From: Tubiluchus corallicola | Lineage: Eukaryota; Animalia; Priapulida | DNA: 42,697 nt | Reading direction: 5' to 3' | Assembly: GCA_030141605.1 (NCBI GenBank) | Contig: JAQGDQ010001398.1 | Coordinates: 1-42,697, forward strand | Shown here: positions 1 through 12,085 of the stretch, in pieces | Position numbering within the stretch: the first letter of the stretch is position 1 | Layout: each line of letters begins with the position of its first letter | The notes under the pieces: model-generated | What the model saw: only the letters and a program-made list of their open reading frames with translations | What the model was told of the DNA's origin: nothing | Database searches by the model: none | Translations under genes and position numbers: made by a program

Positions 1-239
1 GTATATATATTTCAGTGTTTTAGCAGCATTAAAAAATAGTGTAATATGATTGTGGTAATAAAATATTGATTTAATTGATGTTTATCTGGTCTTGTTACAT
101 GTTTGCACTAAATTATTTTACAGGGAATTCTGCATTACTAAAATATTAATTAGTAATTAGTGACATTATATATGTGGCTTTTTATGTGCATATTCATAGC
201 TGTGTTTAACGATATCATCAATCTGTTGTAAGCTATATA

Positions 240-647
240 CAGTCTAACGTCGTTATCTCACTCCTCGTTATGCCGCCAAACTCGTCTCTCGCCATAGAAA
301 CTACCAGGACGGATTTCCTGGTTTGATATTTACCTCGTTAAGTCGCCACCCTCGCTACGTCATGCTAGGATGAGTGCTTATGTAAACTATATTCGTTATG
401 TCGCCAAACAGACAAACTCAGAGGTGAATCGATCAATACTGTACATATACCGCGTGTCGATCAATATAACCGCGGTATGTAGACAATGCTGCTTGTAGAC
501 AATGCTGCTATACTTGGTTAATGCGCAGAGAAACTAAAGCGTATATACATATAGACTAACTTTGTTATATTCCGTTTATCTCGCCATACTCGCCTCTCGC
601 CACAAATTACCCTATACGGACTGTGGCAAGATAACGAGGTTAGACTG
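240..647. mobile_element. MITE, Tc1/mariner (pogo/Tigger)-type
   Basis: TIRs CAGTCTAACGTCGTTATCT ... AGATAACGAGGTTAGACTG, flanked by TA on both sides; no ORF. Confidence 0.8.
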
Positions 648-1134
648 TAAATGTGAAAGAAAAAAGTGATAAATCAATAAGTGTAAATGAATAGGAAGAT
701 GGAATGAACTGATTTGGAGGGTCGTACAGACAACGTGTGACTCCAGAGATGATGTTGATGGCGCAAAGTTTAAAAGAAACATTGGAAGGACATTGAAAAT
801 GTTAAGATTTAATTTTATTTTTATTAAAACTACATACGTTTTTGTTGCGCGTCTGTTGGTTCATATCATTTGGCACAAAGCAATGAGATAATTTTAGGTA
901 AAATTTAGATTGTTATGAAGAGAATTATTTGCTCTTTCGGAATTTGCTTTATTTTTATTTTCATAACTTCAGTCAGGAGTTATGGACAAGTTCACAATCA
1001 AATCATTAAACTTTTCAATGGCACAGCTGGTTATTTAAATAAACAATGGAACCGGCTAAGCTTTTACTAATAATAATAATAATATACTAGCCAAACCCCA
1101 CAAAAAGAATTTTGTGCACAAATCAACATGCAAC

Positions 1135-1985
1135 CCACACCACTCCACCACATCACACCGCACTGCACCACACCATACCACTCCACCTCATCGCACCACA
1201 CAATACCACCACACCGCACGGCACCACACCATACCACCTACACACCACACCACCCACACCATACCACTCCACCACATCACACCACACTGCACCACACCAT
1301 ACCATTGCACCACCCACACCATAATACTCCACCACATCACACCGCACAGCACCACACCATAACACCACACCACCCACATCACACCACACTGCACCACACC
1401 ATGCCACTGCAGCACACCGCACCACCCACACCACACCACACCATACGACTCCACCACATCACACCACACTGTACCACACTGCACCACACAATACCACCAC
1501 ACCGCACCACACCATACCACCTACACACCACACCACCCACACCATACCACATCACACCACACTGCACCACACAATACCACTGCACCACCCACCCACACAC
1601 CATACCACCCACACAATAATACTCCACCACATCACACCGCACAGCACCACACCATAACACCACACTGCACCACACCACCCACACCATACCACTCCACCAC
1701 ACCACACCGCACAACACCATACCACTGCAGCACACCGCACCACCCACACACCACACCACACCATACGACTCCACCACATCACACCACACTGCACCACACC
1801 ATACTACCACACCGCACCACCCACACCACACCACCCACACCATAATACTCCACCACATCACACCACACTGCACCACACCATAACACCACACTGCACCACA
1901 ACACCCACACACCACGCCACCCACTCCATACCACACTACCCACACCACACCCCACACACCGTATCACCCCACCACACCACATCAA
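1135..1985. repeat. Degenerate (CACCA/CACAC)n compound satellite
   Basis: Continuous CACCA-based pentamer repeats with recurring longer motifs (ACTCCACCACATCACACC); source of the His/Thr/Pro and Trp/Cys/Val ORFs. Confidence 0.9.
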
Positions 1986-2130
1986 ATCCACCACCTCACG
2001 TGGTGATCATAATGATGATGGTGGCAATGATGATGACACCTATAGCACAAGCACCAACAACACAGCATTACAACAAAACCATTCCAAACATTTTTCACAA
2101 AGTTGAAACTATGTGCTATAATATAATAAA

Positions 2131-2835
2131 TAACAAAGGCCCCGCAAAAGATTTTGCGTAAAAAACCACGTGTAATCAATAATCCTACCTAGTCCTCATT
2201 TATAACACAAAGCCCTTAACATCGTGCCTACTGTTTGTTTAACTAACGCAAAGCCTGTAGCTTTTACTGAATTAAAGCTATAAGCAGAGTAGAGTACAAT
2301 GGATGACGTCAGAACAATGCCTTTGCGTCAGCAATTTTCTAAGCGAAAATTGCCGAAAATGGAACCTCTAATTAACTCGTCGGTACTTCTCTCGATGGAC
2401 CTGCCCTAACATATAGCCTACATCATCGTGTAGCCCTGTCCTTCCTCTTTCTAAAGAGCCGTATATCTCCTTCCGAAAGTCCCACCAGGCGCCGCTAGAA
2501 CGTTTTTTCCGCAGGCTGTTTGGTCAAAATTTCGAAAAAATCGCGAGTTGGGTCCGGGAAAACGCCCGTTGCGGGACACCGTGGCCCTCTTGCGAATTCA
2601 AAATAGGCCTATGACACCCACCGCTGAACGGGCTATCTATCCATACCCAGCACCACCCTCGGCCCGTTCCCGTTCTCTACATCTCAGCCGTATAACTTTT
2701 GCAAAAAACGCCCGAAAAAGGGCCATTTTTGGAGGTTTTTTGCCCCCCGTTATTCCCGGTGGGCCCGATTCGAAAAAAAAAAATCGCCGCAAATGGTGCC
2801 CTCGTCCGGGCTGTAGCCTCGAATCTTATATATAA
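2131..2835 (-). mobile_element. Non-autonomous Helitron-like element, copy 1
   Basis: Similar along its length to 4513-5235 and 11615-12085; family 3' end has a CGCAAAA..TTTTGCG hairpin shortly before CTAG|T (end degenerate in this copy); 5' end merges into (TA)n; no TIR or TSD. Confidence 0.65.
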
Positions 2836-2843
2836 ATAAATAT

Positions 2844-2878
<35 letters not shown>

Positions 2879-3207
2879 CCAAGAATATTAATATAAGAGT
2901 ATAGATTCTTGGTATCTTAATATATATATAAGATTCGAGGCTGCAGCTTCGATGACGGCACCATTTGCGGCGATCTATACATCAAAAGAAAGGTCTCGAT
3001 CTAGTGTCGTGCCATTGATGGTTTATTTTTCGAATTGGGCCCACCGGAAGGAAGGGGGGGCAAAAAACCTCCCAAAATGGCCATTTTTCGGCCGTTTTTT
3101 GCAAAAGTTATACCTCTTATTTCTGAAGAACGGGAATGGGCCAAGGGTATGGATAGATAGCCCGTTCAGCGGTGGGTGTAGTAGGCATATTTAGAATTCG
3201 CGAGAGG

Positions 3208-3450
3208 ACTTACTTACTTACTTACCTTCCTACTTACTTACCTACTTACTTACCTACTTACTTACTTCATTGCTTAATTTCGCTGATCAGACGACAACCG
3301 GTGTCTTCAACGTGATTTGAACCTGCAGCACCTGGTATTCCTTGTCGGTAACCCATCCAAGTACTAACCCCCCTCTTCGTTGCTTAACTTCGGTGATCAG
3401 ACGACAACCCTTGTCATCAACCTGTTTTGAACAACCGGCATTTTCAACGC
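3208..3450 (-). mobile_element. 5S rRNA-derived multimeric retroposon/pseudogene with (GTAA)n tail
   Basis: Minus strand reads ...GTCTGATCACCGAAGTTAAGCAACG...GGTTAGTACTTGGATGGGTTACCG...GGAATACCAGGTGCTGCAGG (5S A/C boxes), then a second partial 5S copy, then (AAGT)n at 3208-3267. Confidence 0.8.
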
Positions 3451-3730
3451 CGTAATTGTGTATAAGCAGATGCGCGTGATTTACAAGAATTGCAAACTTG
3501 CTACATAGGAACACGTAGTCATGCGTATAAATTGTCCTCAAATACCAGTAAAATCGACACTAAGTTTCGTTTATTAACAATCAGTATACAAATCAGTAAC
3601 AACAGTATACAAACATGTTTAATATTAGCCTATATCGATTCGATTTTTTTTACTTTTTCAAGAACGGTAGTGAACGAGTTAAAAAAAGACAAAAATTCGG
3701 ATTTCCGTGATGAGTAATCTAGCTTGTCGC

Positions 3731-3954
3731 CTAGAATTCACAAATATACGGAAATTTTGCTGTATCACACGAGAAGTCATTCCACGTGTTCCCATTTGCC
3801 CGCAAGATGGCACAGCTTTCGCCATCGCCGTAATTATCTGGTTGGCCATCTGCTACATCCCAAGAAGTAAAAAGGGCAGGTCGACCTGTTGCAAACCACC
3901 TCCAGTCACCCTCCTCGTGTATGTCCATTAAACCAATCCAAAAATGCTCACCAG
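3731..3954 (-). CDS. C-type lectin domain, terminal exon (QPD/WND, galactose-type motif); upstream exons not found
   Basis: Translates GEHFWIGLMDIHEEGDWRW...W..DGQPDNYGDGESCA...WNDFSC...YICEF*: WIGL, QPD, WND and closing Cys motifs; acceptor ttttaataaag just upstream (phase 1). Confidence 0.85.
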
Positions 3955-4512
3955 CTTTATTAAAAACAAAATATAATTAATATTAAATTTGGTTATTTAC
4001 CATTATATTTTCATATAATATAACAGTTATTTAACTTTTATACATTCCACAGCAATTATAACGTACTTTACCACTCCCATGAAACACTAAAATAACAAAT
4101 ATTACCAGTGATTTTTTTCGAAATTTTTTTGCTCAAACAGCCTGCAGAAAAAACGTTCTGACGGCACCTGGTGGGACTCTCGAAGGGAGATATACAGCTC
4201 TTTAGAAAGAGGAAGAACAGGGCTATACGATGATGTGGGCTATATTAGGACACGTCCATCAAGAGCAGTGACGACGAGTTAATTAGATGTTCTATTTTTG
4301 GCAATTTTCGCTTGGAAAACTGCTGACGCAAAGCCATTGTTGTGACGTCATCCATTATACTCTGCCTGTAACTTTAATTCAGTGAAAGCTTCTGGCTTTG
4401 CGTTAGATAAACAGACAAACACTAGGTAGAATGTTTGCGCATATTTGATTATGAGTGGATTTATAAGCAAAATTTTTTTGCGGGGCCTTTGCTAGTAATA
4501 ATAATAATATTA

Positions 4513-5231
4513 CTAGCAAAAACCTTGCAAAAAATTTTGCGTATAAATACACGTATAATCAAAAATACGCGAATATACTACATATTCCTCATTTATAACG
4601 CAAAGCCAGCAGCAGCAGCTTTTACTAAATTAAAGTTATAAGGTTACAGACAGAGTGTAATGGATGACGTCATAACAATGGCTTTGCATCAACAGTTTTC
4701 TAAGCGAAAATTGCCAAAATAAAACATCTAATTAACTCGTCGGTACTACTTTTGGTATACGTGCCCCAATATATAGCCCACATCATCGTGTAGCCCTATT
4801 TTTCCTCTTTCTAAAGAGCTATATATCTCCTTCCGAGAGTTTCACCAGGCGCCGCCAGAACGTTTTTTCGGCAGGCTGTTTGGTCAAAATTTCGAAAAAA
4901 ACCGGAGTTGGGTCAGGGAAAACGCCCATTACGGGACGCCGTGGCCCGCTCGCGAATTCTAAATATGCCTGCTACACCCACAGTTGAACGGGCTATCTAT
5001 CCATAGCCAGCACCACCCTCGGCCCATTCCTGTTCTCTACATCTCAGCCGTATAACTTTTACAAAAAACGACCGAAAATGGCCACTTTTGAAGGATTTTC
5101 GACTCCCCGTTCCTCCCAGTGGGCCCGATTCGAAAGGTAAGCCCCCAATGGCACGACCTAGATCGGGACCTTTTATTTGATATATAGTTCGCCACAAATG
5201 GTGCGGTCATCCGAGCTGTAACCTCAAATCT

Positions 5232-5235
<4 letters not shown>
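4513..5235 (-). mobile_element. Helitron-like element copy 3
   Basis: Starts on plus A|CTAGCAAAAACCTTGCAAAAAATTTTGCG; collinear with 2131-2835; ends in (TA)n. Confidence 0.65.
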
Positions 5236-5263
<28 letters not shown>

Positions 5264-5295
5264 GGCCTATATACCAAGAGAATTAATATATACGA

Positions 5296-5375
5296 CTAGC
5301 AAAGGCCCCGCAAAAAATTTTGCGTATAAATACACGTATAATCAAAAATACGCGAATATCCTACATAGTCCTCAT
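5296..5375 (-). mobile_element. Helitron-like 3'-end fragment
   Basis: A|CTAGCAAAGGCCCCGCAAAAAATTTTGCGTATAAATACACG, same terminus as the other copies; a more degenerate end also at 1087-1120. Confidence 0.6.
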
Positions 5376-5779
5376 CCTACATCTGGTAGAGAATACTCAC
5401 TCCTACTGTTAAGGCACGACCCTTCTTAAAAAGTTGTAAATTATGCCCTCTAGATATAGTACTTTGCTTTAATTATAGTACATGTAGAATCAGCAAAGGG
5501 CAAAAAGCATGTTTACGAATAATAGGACTAGATAATAATACGTACGTCCTCAGCCACAGGGTTTTTAACATCTGTCAATCAATTTTTGTATCTCTTATTT
5601 CTATGTTAATATCGGCTTTTGTATCTCATCGCATTAGTAGCTGCACCTGTGTATTATTTGCTATTGGCAAACTTTATTTAGTCTGCCCTATTCAATTTTC
5701 TGTATAATAATTATTATTGTATTTGTTAAAATGTATCTAGTTTACACCGAAAAAATTTGATGGTGAAATAAAGTGAACT

Positions 5780-5910
5780 GAGCGGAATTGAGTGGTGCGT
5801 CTCAAGTAGCGGTTCAGTCCGCGATCATGGCTGCGTCCTGAAGCAGAATGTGATTCAATTCTAGTAGACTGATTAGCACCAGGAGCCTTTTCTTTTTGGC
5901 CGCGTTTCAG
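5780..5910 (+). promoter_or_regulatory. Candidate promoter / first non-coding exon region
   Basis: Short non-repetitive CpG-enriched patch with GCGGAA (ETS-like) and CATGGCTGC (YY1-like) motifs and a tiny uORF ATG GCT GCG TCC TGA (5827-5841); inference only. Confidence 0.25.
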
Positions 5911-6696
5911 TTACTTGAGAACTTGGCTACTAAGTGTTGGTACTGCTGTTTAATTAAAGTACTAAACTGGTCACAGAAGTGTCAGAACGGAAACCTGAAC
6001 TTGAAACTTGCTCACTGTTCTGTACGACTATTAGTATTACTACTACTAGTACTAGTAGTATTAGTATTAATAACAGAAGTGGAAATCTTTGAATGCTTCA
6101 AGTAACATAAGTTGGCATCCCGGTGATGGTCTAGGAGCTGTAATTTGCGAGGGGGAGGGGTTGCAACAATAGTATGGAGTTTTAAAAGCAAAAATTTGAA
6201 AAGTTGGATTTCAAAAATGTTAAGTTTATTATATTAGTGGTGCCGATTTTCAAGCTTACATTATTTTCATTGACAAAATCTAACAGACAACATTAGCACA
6301 CCTAAATTTCGCAACTTACATTTACAACACACGTATAACAAATAACATGCAGGGTATATTCCTTTGGCCCTGGCAGGCGTTAGTATCAAACTCAAGACTG
6401 CGTGCTTGCAGTCCGATATCTAAACCACTCGGCTGCCTAACGCAGGACAACCAGCCACCCAACACAGGACTTTGTCTTTACCTTTTCTTTGTGGCACAAA
6501 TGGAAAAGTAGGTAAAGGTGGCAAAATAAAAAAATGGCACACTTAGTGAAAGTCTGTAAATCTGTTAGTGAAATTAAAAATATGTTTTTTGGTGATTCCA
6601 TCTGCACTGCTGTTTTACCAGTCGGCTCCAAAATTTTAAATTATTAGGAATTTTCTGTTCCAGTTACTTAAAACACAAGAAAACCCTCCACTCATT

Positions 6697-7124
6697 GATG
6701 AGAATTTTCTGCGGATACGCGGAATTTGGAGTTTTTGGAAAACCAGTAGTGCCATTTTTGTAAATCGCGTAAATTCGTTGAGAAAATTTTTATGGACCCA
6801 GTACATTATTTCATAAGCTGACCGCTAGTTGGCAGGCCGTCACTTTGTTTACATCACGTACATCAGTGTAAACACGTGTATATCTCTATGTATAAAAATA
6901 TAGAGTCAAATGCAGACACTTTTTATATACTTTTGCATAGGAGCGGCCAGTACTTAGGCATTTTTGAGACAATTAGGTATCATGTATCCTTGATAGTTGG
7001 GTATATTAAATTATGCACGAAACAAAGTAATTGATATTTTAAGTCCACTTAGAGGCTCTCTAAGTGGCTTTAACATCCATGGGGCTGTTTTAGAGTTTTT
7101 TGCAATTTGTCATTTTCATCCCTG
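6697..7124 (+). mobile_element. Non-autonomous DNA transposon family 'CAGGGATGAGAAT', left end truncated
   Basis: Similar to 21903-22437 and 36559-37068; right end TTTCATCCCTG. Confidence 0.7.
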
Positions 7125-7144
7125 TGTACAGTAGGCGTGCACAG

Positions 7145-7910
7145 TGAGATTAAAAATATGTTTTTTGGTGAATCTATGTGCACTGCGATTTTACCAGTTG
7201 GCTCCAACATTTTAAATTATTAGGAATTTTCTTTTCCAGTTATTTAAAGCACAAGAAAACAATCCACTTACATCAAGCCTAAAAAATTTGTTTCGAAATT
7301 TTCTACCACTTACATAGTACCTTTTTATATGCATGGTTTGCATCGGCAGTAACGCTGTATAAAACGTGTAAATTTAACCTCCAGCGATGACTGTTAGACG
7401 CAGCCATTTTCAAGATAAATCATTTGGAACAAGTTTAGATAACACTGAGTAAAGTCTGAAAAAATAATCAGAGCATTCGTGGCATACATGTTGCTAATTA
7501 AGTAAAATTTTAAATTACTGTATCTTGTCAATAAGATTAAAAATACGTTTTTGGCTAGTGAGTGGCGCACCCTGGAGGGTGAGTCAGCGACATTTACCAA
7601 TTGGCACAAACATTTTACATTATTATTTTAGTTGCATAGTTTTTACAATCGGTAAATGAAATGCTGAGTAATATAGGTTTGCATGGAAAGTTTTTTGGGT
7701 CATAATTTAACATTGCCTTTTCTTCCCCTGATTTACGTGACGTAGTGACATCATGTAATGGCACCGTCGGAACAGTATTGCGGTAGATTTGAAATGCAAA
7801 CAAACGAAAATTGCATTCAACACAAATACGATGTGCATAAATTTGCCGTAAAGTAATATAATTTTTTAAGACAATTTTTCTGAAACCTACTTCAGGTGCC
7901 CCTTTTCTTG
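7145..7910 (-). repeat. Dispersed repeat family Z (unclassified)
   Basis: Reverse complement matches 24850-25520; further fragments at 20170-20275 and 31240-31520; 6575-6695 duplicates 7150-7268. Confidence 0.7.
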
Positions 7911-9099
7911 TCCTTTAAGTCTTTCAAACAGCTAAGCGTAGTGCTGAGTAATTATAACATAGATGTTGACTTATATTGAAGCATATTGCACAACTGCTTG
8001 TTGTCGTGAAGCTCACGATGTCATATGTCATTATTTTTTATTATTATGTCATATGTCATTATTTTTTATTCATTATGTCATATTATTGCATTCTCTGGTT
8101 AAAACATTAAAAAATCCCATACAAGAAATTTCAGCTGTAAAATAAGTATATTTCTTCATATACAGTCTAAACTTTCATCCTTGAACTATGTAGTATGCAT
8201 GACATTTACCTTTCATAGAATTGCTGGCTTCCTTGCTTCATAGAAAACTTACCTGGTCAGTTGGCTGTCAGAGATCATTGAATAAACATATGCTGTTACT
8301 GATTTGTATAAATAAACTCACCTGTGTTCTACCTATGCTGATGTCTTAGCAATTTTACCTTCAGACATTTTGCATACTTGTTGTGTAATACGTTGCAGTT
8401 GTTCGATAAGTGGCACTTATAGAAAATCTGCGGTGTGTTATGAAATATGTCCTTTACATGAATATGAAAGTATACACATTTTCCGAGGAGTTAAAGAATA
8501 TTTTCTAAAATGTAACGCCCCTCAAACTTTGGTGCCCTAGGCTATAGCCTAGTTAGCCTATTGGTTAATACGCCCTGACAATATGTTAAATTGATTTTGT
8601 TATTATTACTATTCATTCACTTACCTCTTATTCATTAGATGGCGACTGTATTTTTTTATTAATTAATAAGCTTGTTTAATTATTACATACAGTCCCTTAT
8701 ATTGGATATAAGGGACACCTCTGGACCGGAAAAAACCGTCCCTTATATCCAATGTCCCTGTTAGCCGTACTTGAGTGAGACTGAGGGTGTATCTAGACCT
8801 GTACTTTTCTGTACTTTTACCCATATTTTTATGGATTATTGCTACACAGTCAGTGCAAACGGTATGTAGGAAGCTTCTTCAGTGATGCGAGGTGACCGCG
8901 GCAACCGAGCTGTTCGCTGGCCGAGTTTGCGAACAATTGAGGTTGGAAATCGATCAAAAATCGTATCAGTCCTTATTCCAGCCAAGTAAAAGCAGCTGCG
9001 TGAACGATCAAGCTCCAAAGTTTAGCTGAATTTTTACTTAATTAATTGGTAGATCATTTTGATACTTTTGCTTAGTAATTTAAAGTTCATGTAAAAGCA

Positions 9100-9238
9100 A
9101 CAGGGAGTGGGAGAGGCAGAGGGACAATTGCCACCCTTGCATTATTGTAAGCACACCGACTTTGTATAACAGGGGGTGGGGGAGGCAGAGGGACAATTGC
9201 CACCCTTGCATTACTGTAAGCACACCGACTTTGTATAA
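9100..9238. repeat. Two-copy 69-bp tandem duplication
   Basis: AGGCAGAGGGACAATTGCCACCCTTGCATTA(T/C)TGTAAGCACACCGACTTTGTATAA at 9114 and 9183. Confidence 0.85.
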
Positions 9239-9529
9239 GGCGTACAAAAAAGGAAGAAATAAGGAAAGGATAAATGAGCAAAAATGGTCAGAAAATGAAA
9301 TTATTTCTTGGCTATTTGCTCTGTTTTTACTTACTAACATTCAAAAGTGTAGAATTGTAGATTCTATACGTAGACATTTGTAATCGCAAGTTGCTTTTGT
9401 GTCAATAAACTAATGTTTCTAGATGCTGTTCTTAAATCGTAAACCTGTTACATAGTCTTAATAATAGTATTCAATAAGGATATTGCATTTTTAACTGTAA
9501 ATTTTGGTTTTCCTTTCTTTTGGATACAG

Positions 9530-10429
9530 GTGTCTCCTCCTTATGTGACAAATCATTTTCCCACCGTGATGAACATTCATACTGGATTGAAACCCCATAA
9601 ATGTGACTTATGTGACGAATCATTTTCTCGCCGTGATTATCTTCTGACGCACATGAACACTCACACTGGAATGAAACCCCACAAATGCGACTTGTGTGAC
9701 AAATCATTTTCTCAGCAAGGTAGTCTTGTCATGCACATGAACACTCATACTGGAATGAAACCCCCCAAATGTGACTTGTGTGACAGGTCATTTTCTGAGC
9801 GAGGTAGTCTTGTCAAGCACATGAACACACATACTGCAATGAAACCCCACAAATGTGACTTATGTGAGGAATCATTTTCTAAGCGAAGTAATCTTCTCAG
9901 GCACATGAACACACATACTGCAATGAAACCCCACAAATGTGACTTATGTGACAAATCATTTTCTCGCCGTGATTATCTTCTGACGCACATGAACACTCAC
10001 ACTGGAATGAAACCCCACAAATGTGAGTTATGTGACAAATCATTTTCTCAGCGAGGTAGTCTTATCATGCACTTGAACACTCATACTGGAATGAAATCTC
10101 ACAAATGTGAGTTATGTGACAAATCATTTTCTCAGCGAGGTCATCTTCTCAGTCACATGAACACTCACACTGGAAGGAAACCTCACAAATGTGACTTATG
10201 TGACGAATCATTTTCTCAACGAGGTAGTCTTCTCACACACATGAACACACATACTGAAATGAAACCTCACAAATGTGACTTATGTGACAAATCATTTTCT
10301 GAGCAAGGTAGTCTTCTCAAGCACATGAACACTCACACTGGATTGAAACCCTACAAATGTGACTTATGTGACAAATCATTTTCTCAGCGAGGTAATCTTC
10401 TCAAGCACGTGAACACTCATACCACATAG
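9530..10429 (+). CDS. Tandem C2H2 zinc-finger protein, 10 fingers; exon starts after acceptor at 9529, first in-frame ATG 9569
   Basis: 10 x HKCDLCDKSFSxxxxLxxHMNTH with TGMKP-type linkers; strong polypyrimidine acceptor ttttcctttcttttggatacag; stop TAG 10427-10429. Confidence 0.9.
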   Translation: MSPPYVTNHFPTVMNIHTGLKPHKCDLCDESFSRRDYLLTHMNTHTGMKPHKCDLCDKSFSQQGSLVMHMNTHTGMKPPKCDLCDRSFSERGSLVKHMNTHTAMKPHKCDLCEESFSKRSNLLRHMNTHTAMKPHKCDLCDKSFSRRDYLLTHMNTHTGMKPHKCELCDKSFSQRGSLIMHLNTHTGMKSHKCELCDKSFSQRGHLLSHMNTHTGRKPHKCDLCDESFSQRGSLLTHMNTHTEMKPHKCDLCDKSFSEQGSLLKHMNTHTGLKPYKCDLCDKSFSQRGNLLKHVNTHTT

Positions 10430-10489
10430 AAATGAGTCAACATAAACATTACAGTGAGTCAGCATGTTAGAATTGCCACAGCGTAGTAA

Positions 10490-10650
10490 TACTGGAATGA
10501 AACCCGACAAATGTGACTTATGTGACAAATCATTTTCTCAATGAGGTGATCTCGGGCACATGAACGTTCTTCCTTTGTGAAACATCACAAATGTGACTTG
10601 TGTGACAAATCATTTTCTCAGCGAAGTGATCTTCTCAGGCACAGGAACAC
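10490..10650 (+). pseudogene. Two decayed zinc-finger units downstream of the stop codon
   Basis: AAATGTGACTT(A/G)TGTGACAAATCATTTTCTCA units recur at ~10508 and ~10588 with an in-frame TGA, deletions and loss of the last His. Confidence 0.8.
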
Positions 10651-11614
10651 AGAATTTGATTCATAACTAATGCACTTTGGGTATTGCACCATTCTTTATG
10701 CTGCTACATGTGGCACAGTTGGATTTAATTGATAATTTTGACAAATCACAGATATTTAACTTTCTTCACTGGTAACTTTTTATGCTATCAAATCACGTTT
10801 GGTATTTTTGATTTAATTTTTGTAAAATCCTTTTTTTTTCTTTTCTGATTTCTTCTTTTGTTTTTCTTCATATATGTTCTTGCAATCATATTATGCAATC
10901 ATGTTATTGTGATAAGTCATATGAGTTATATGTATATTATATATATCTTGTATCTTCGGAACCGCTGAACTAGTATCTTATATTTGTTTCATACGATCGC
11001 GTCTGTTCATTTGTCACTGTTCATTTCACCCATCAAAGCAATGACAGTATGATATTCCGTTTAAATGTTTATTGAGAAATGCCACAAAGTTTAAAAAAAT
11101 GCAAACTGACTGACGATTTGATAAACTTTTTTCACTAGCCTAAATTGTAGTTTATCCACCTGTTTTTTCTTAACAATTATAGTGTACAAAATTCATTTAT
11201 GTATATTATCAAATTTGTACAAACAGTTTCAATAGATACCATCTCGATAAAATTAGTTTTTTAGTTGCAATTTCTCGTTTGCACCATGCAGTAATAATAG
11301 TCAACATTTTTTATTGTCAAAGCATTATGACTATACATCTCACAATTGACAAGAGCTTTATACAAAAATGCAAGACTTGTTTTGGAATTTTACTGTCGAC
11401 GTCACAATACCTTGCGTAATCGAGGGCTGTTGATATGCGTATAATTATTTTTGACCCAACAGGTGTCTAGCAAACTAAATTCTGATAATTTTACACTATC
11501 GTAATATTTAATTTTTAGTTTACATAGATAAAAAACCTGCATGAAGCTGTTGGTATCCTTATAAACAATATACTAAACGATATGATGTAAAATACCTACA
11601 GAAGTAATTTGTCA

Positions 11615-12085
11615 CTAGCAAATGCCCCGTCAGGATGACGTCAAAACAATGGCTTTGCGTCAGCAGTTTTCTAAGCGAGAATTGCGGAAAAAAGAACATC
11701 CAGTTAGCCCACATCATCGTGTAGCCCCGTTCTTCCTCTTTCTAAAGAGCTATATATCTCCTTCCGAGAGTCCACCAGGCACCGCTAGAACGTTTTTTCT
11801 GCATGCTGTTTGACCAAAATTTCGAAAAAATCGCGAATTGGGTCCGGAAAAACGCCTGTTGCGGGACGCCGTGGCCCTCTCACAAATTCTAAATATGCCT
11901 ACTACACCCACCGCTGAACGGGCTATCTATCCATAGCCAGCACCACCCATGGCCCGTTCCCGTTCTTTAGATCTCAGCGGTATAGGTTTTGCAATAAAAA
12001 AACGGCCGAAAAATGGCCATTTTTGGAGGTTTTTCACCCCCCCCGTTCCTTGCGATGGGCCCGATTCGAAAAATAAACCCCCAAA
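11615..12085 (-). mobile_element. Helitron-like element, internally deleted copy
   Basis: A|CTAGCAAATGCCCCG end; body matches ~2300-2775; runs into (CT)n. Confidence 0.65.

Larger units (their letters stand above)
2920..4495 (+). mobile_element. Helitron-like element copy 2, split (5' part ~2920-3207, 3' part ~4105-4495) around a ~900-bp insert
   Basis: Both parts are reverse complements of copy 1 and collinear, with ~45 nt of consensus missing at the break; ends GCAAAATTTTTTTGCGGGGCCTTTGCTAG|T at 4495. Confidence 0.6.

Noticed and set aside
1112-1994. His/Thr/Pro-rich and Cys/Trp/Val-rich ORFs
   Set aside because: Low-complexity (CACCA)n satellite open in many frames
5401-5449. Possible small minus-strand exon (tag...gtgagt) upstream of the lectin exon
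   Set aside because: The open frame (GHNLQLFKKGRALTVG) has no lectin motif; cannot be supported without transcripts
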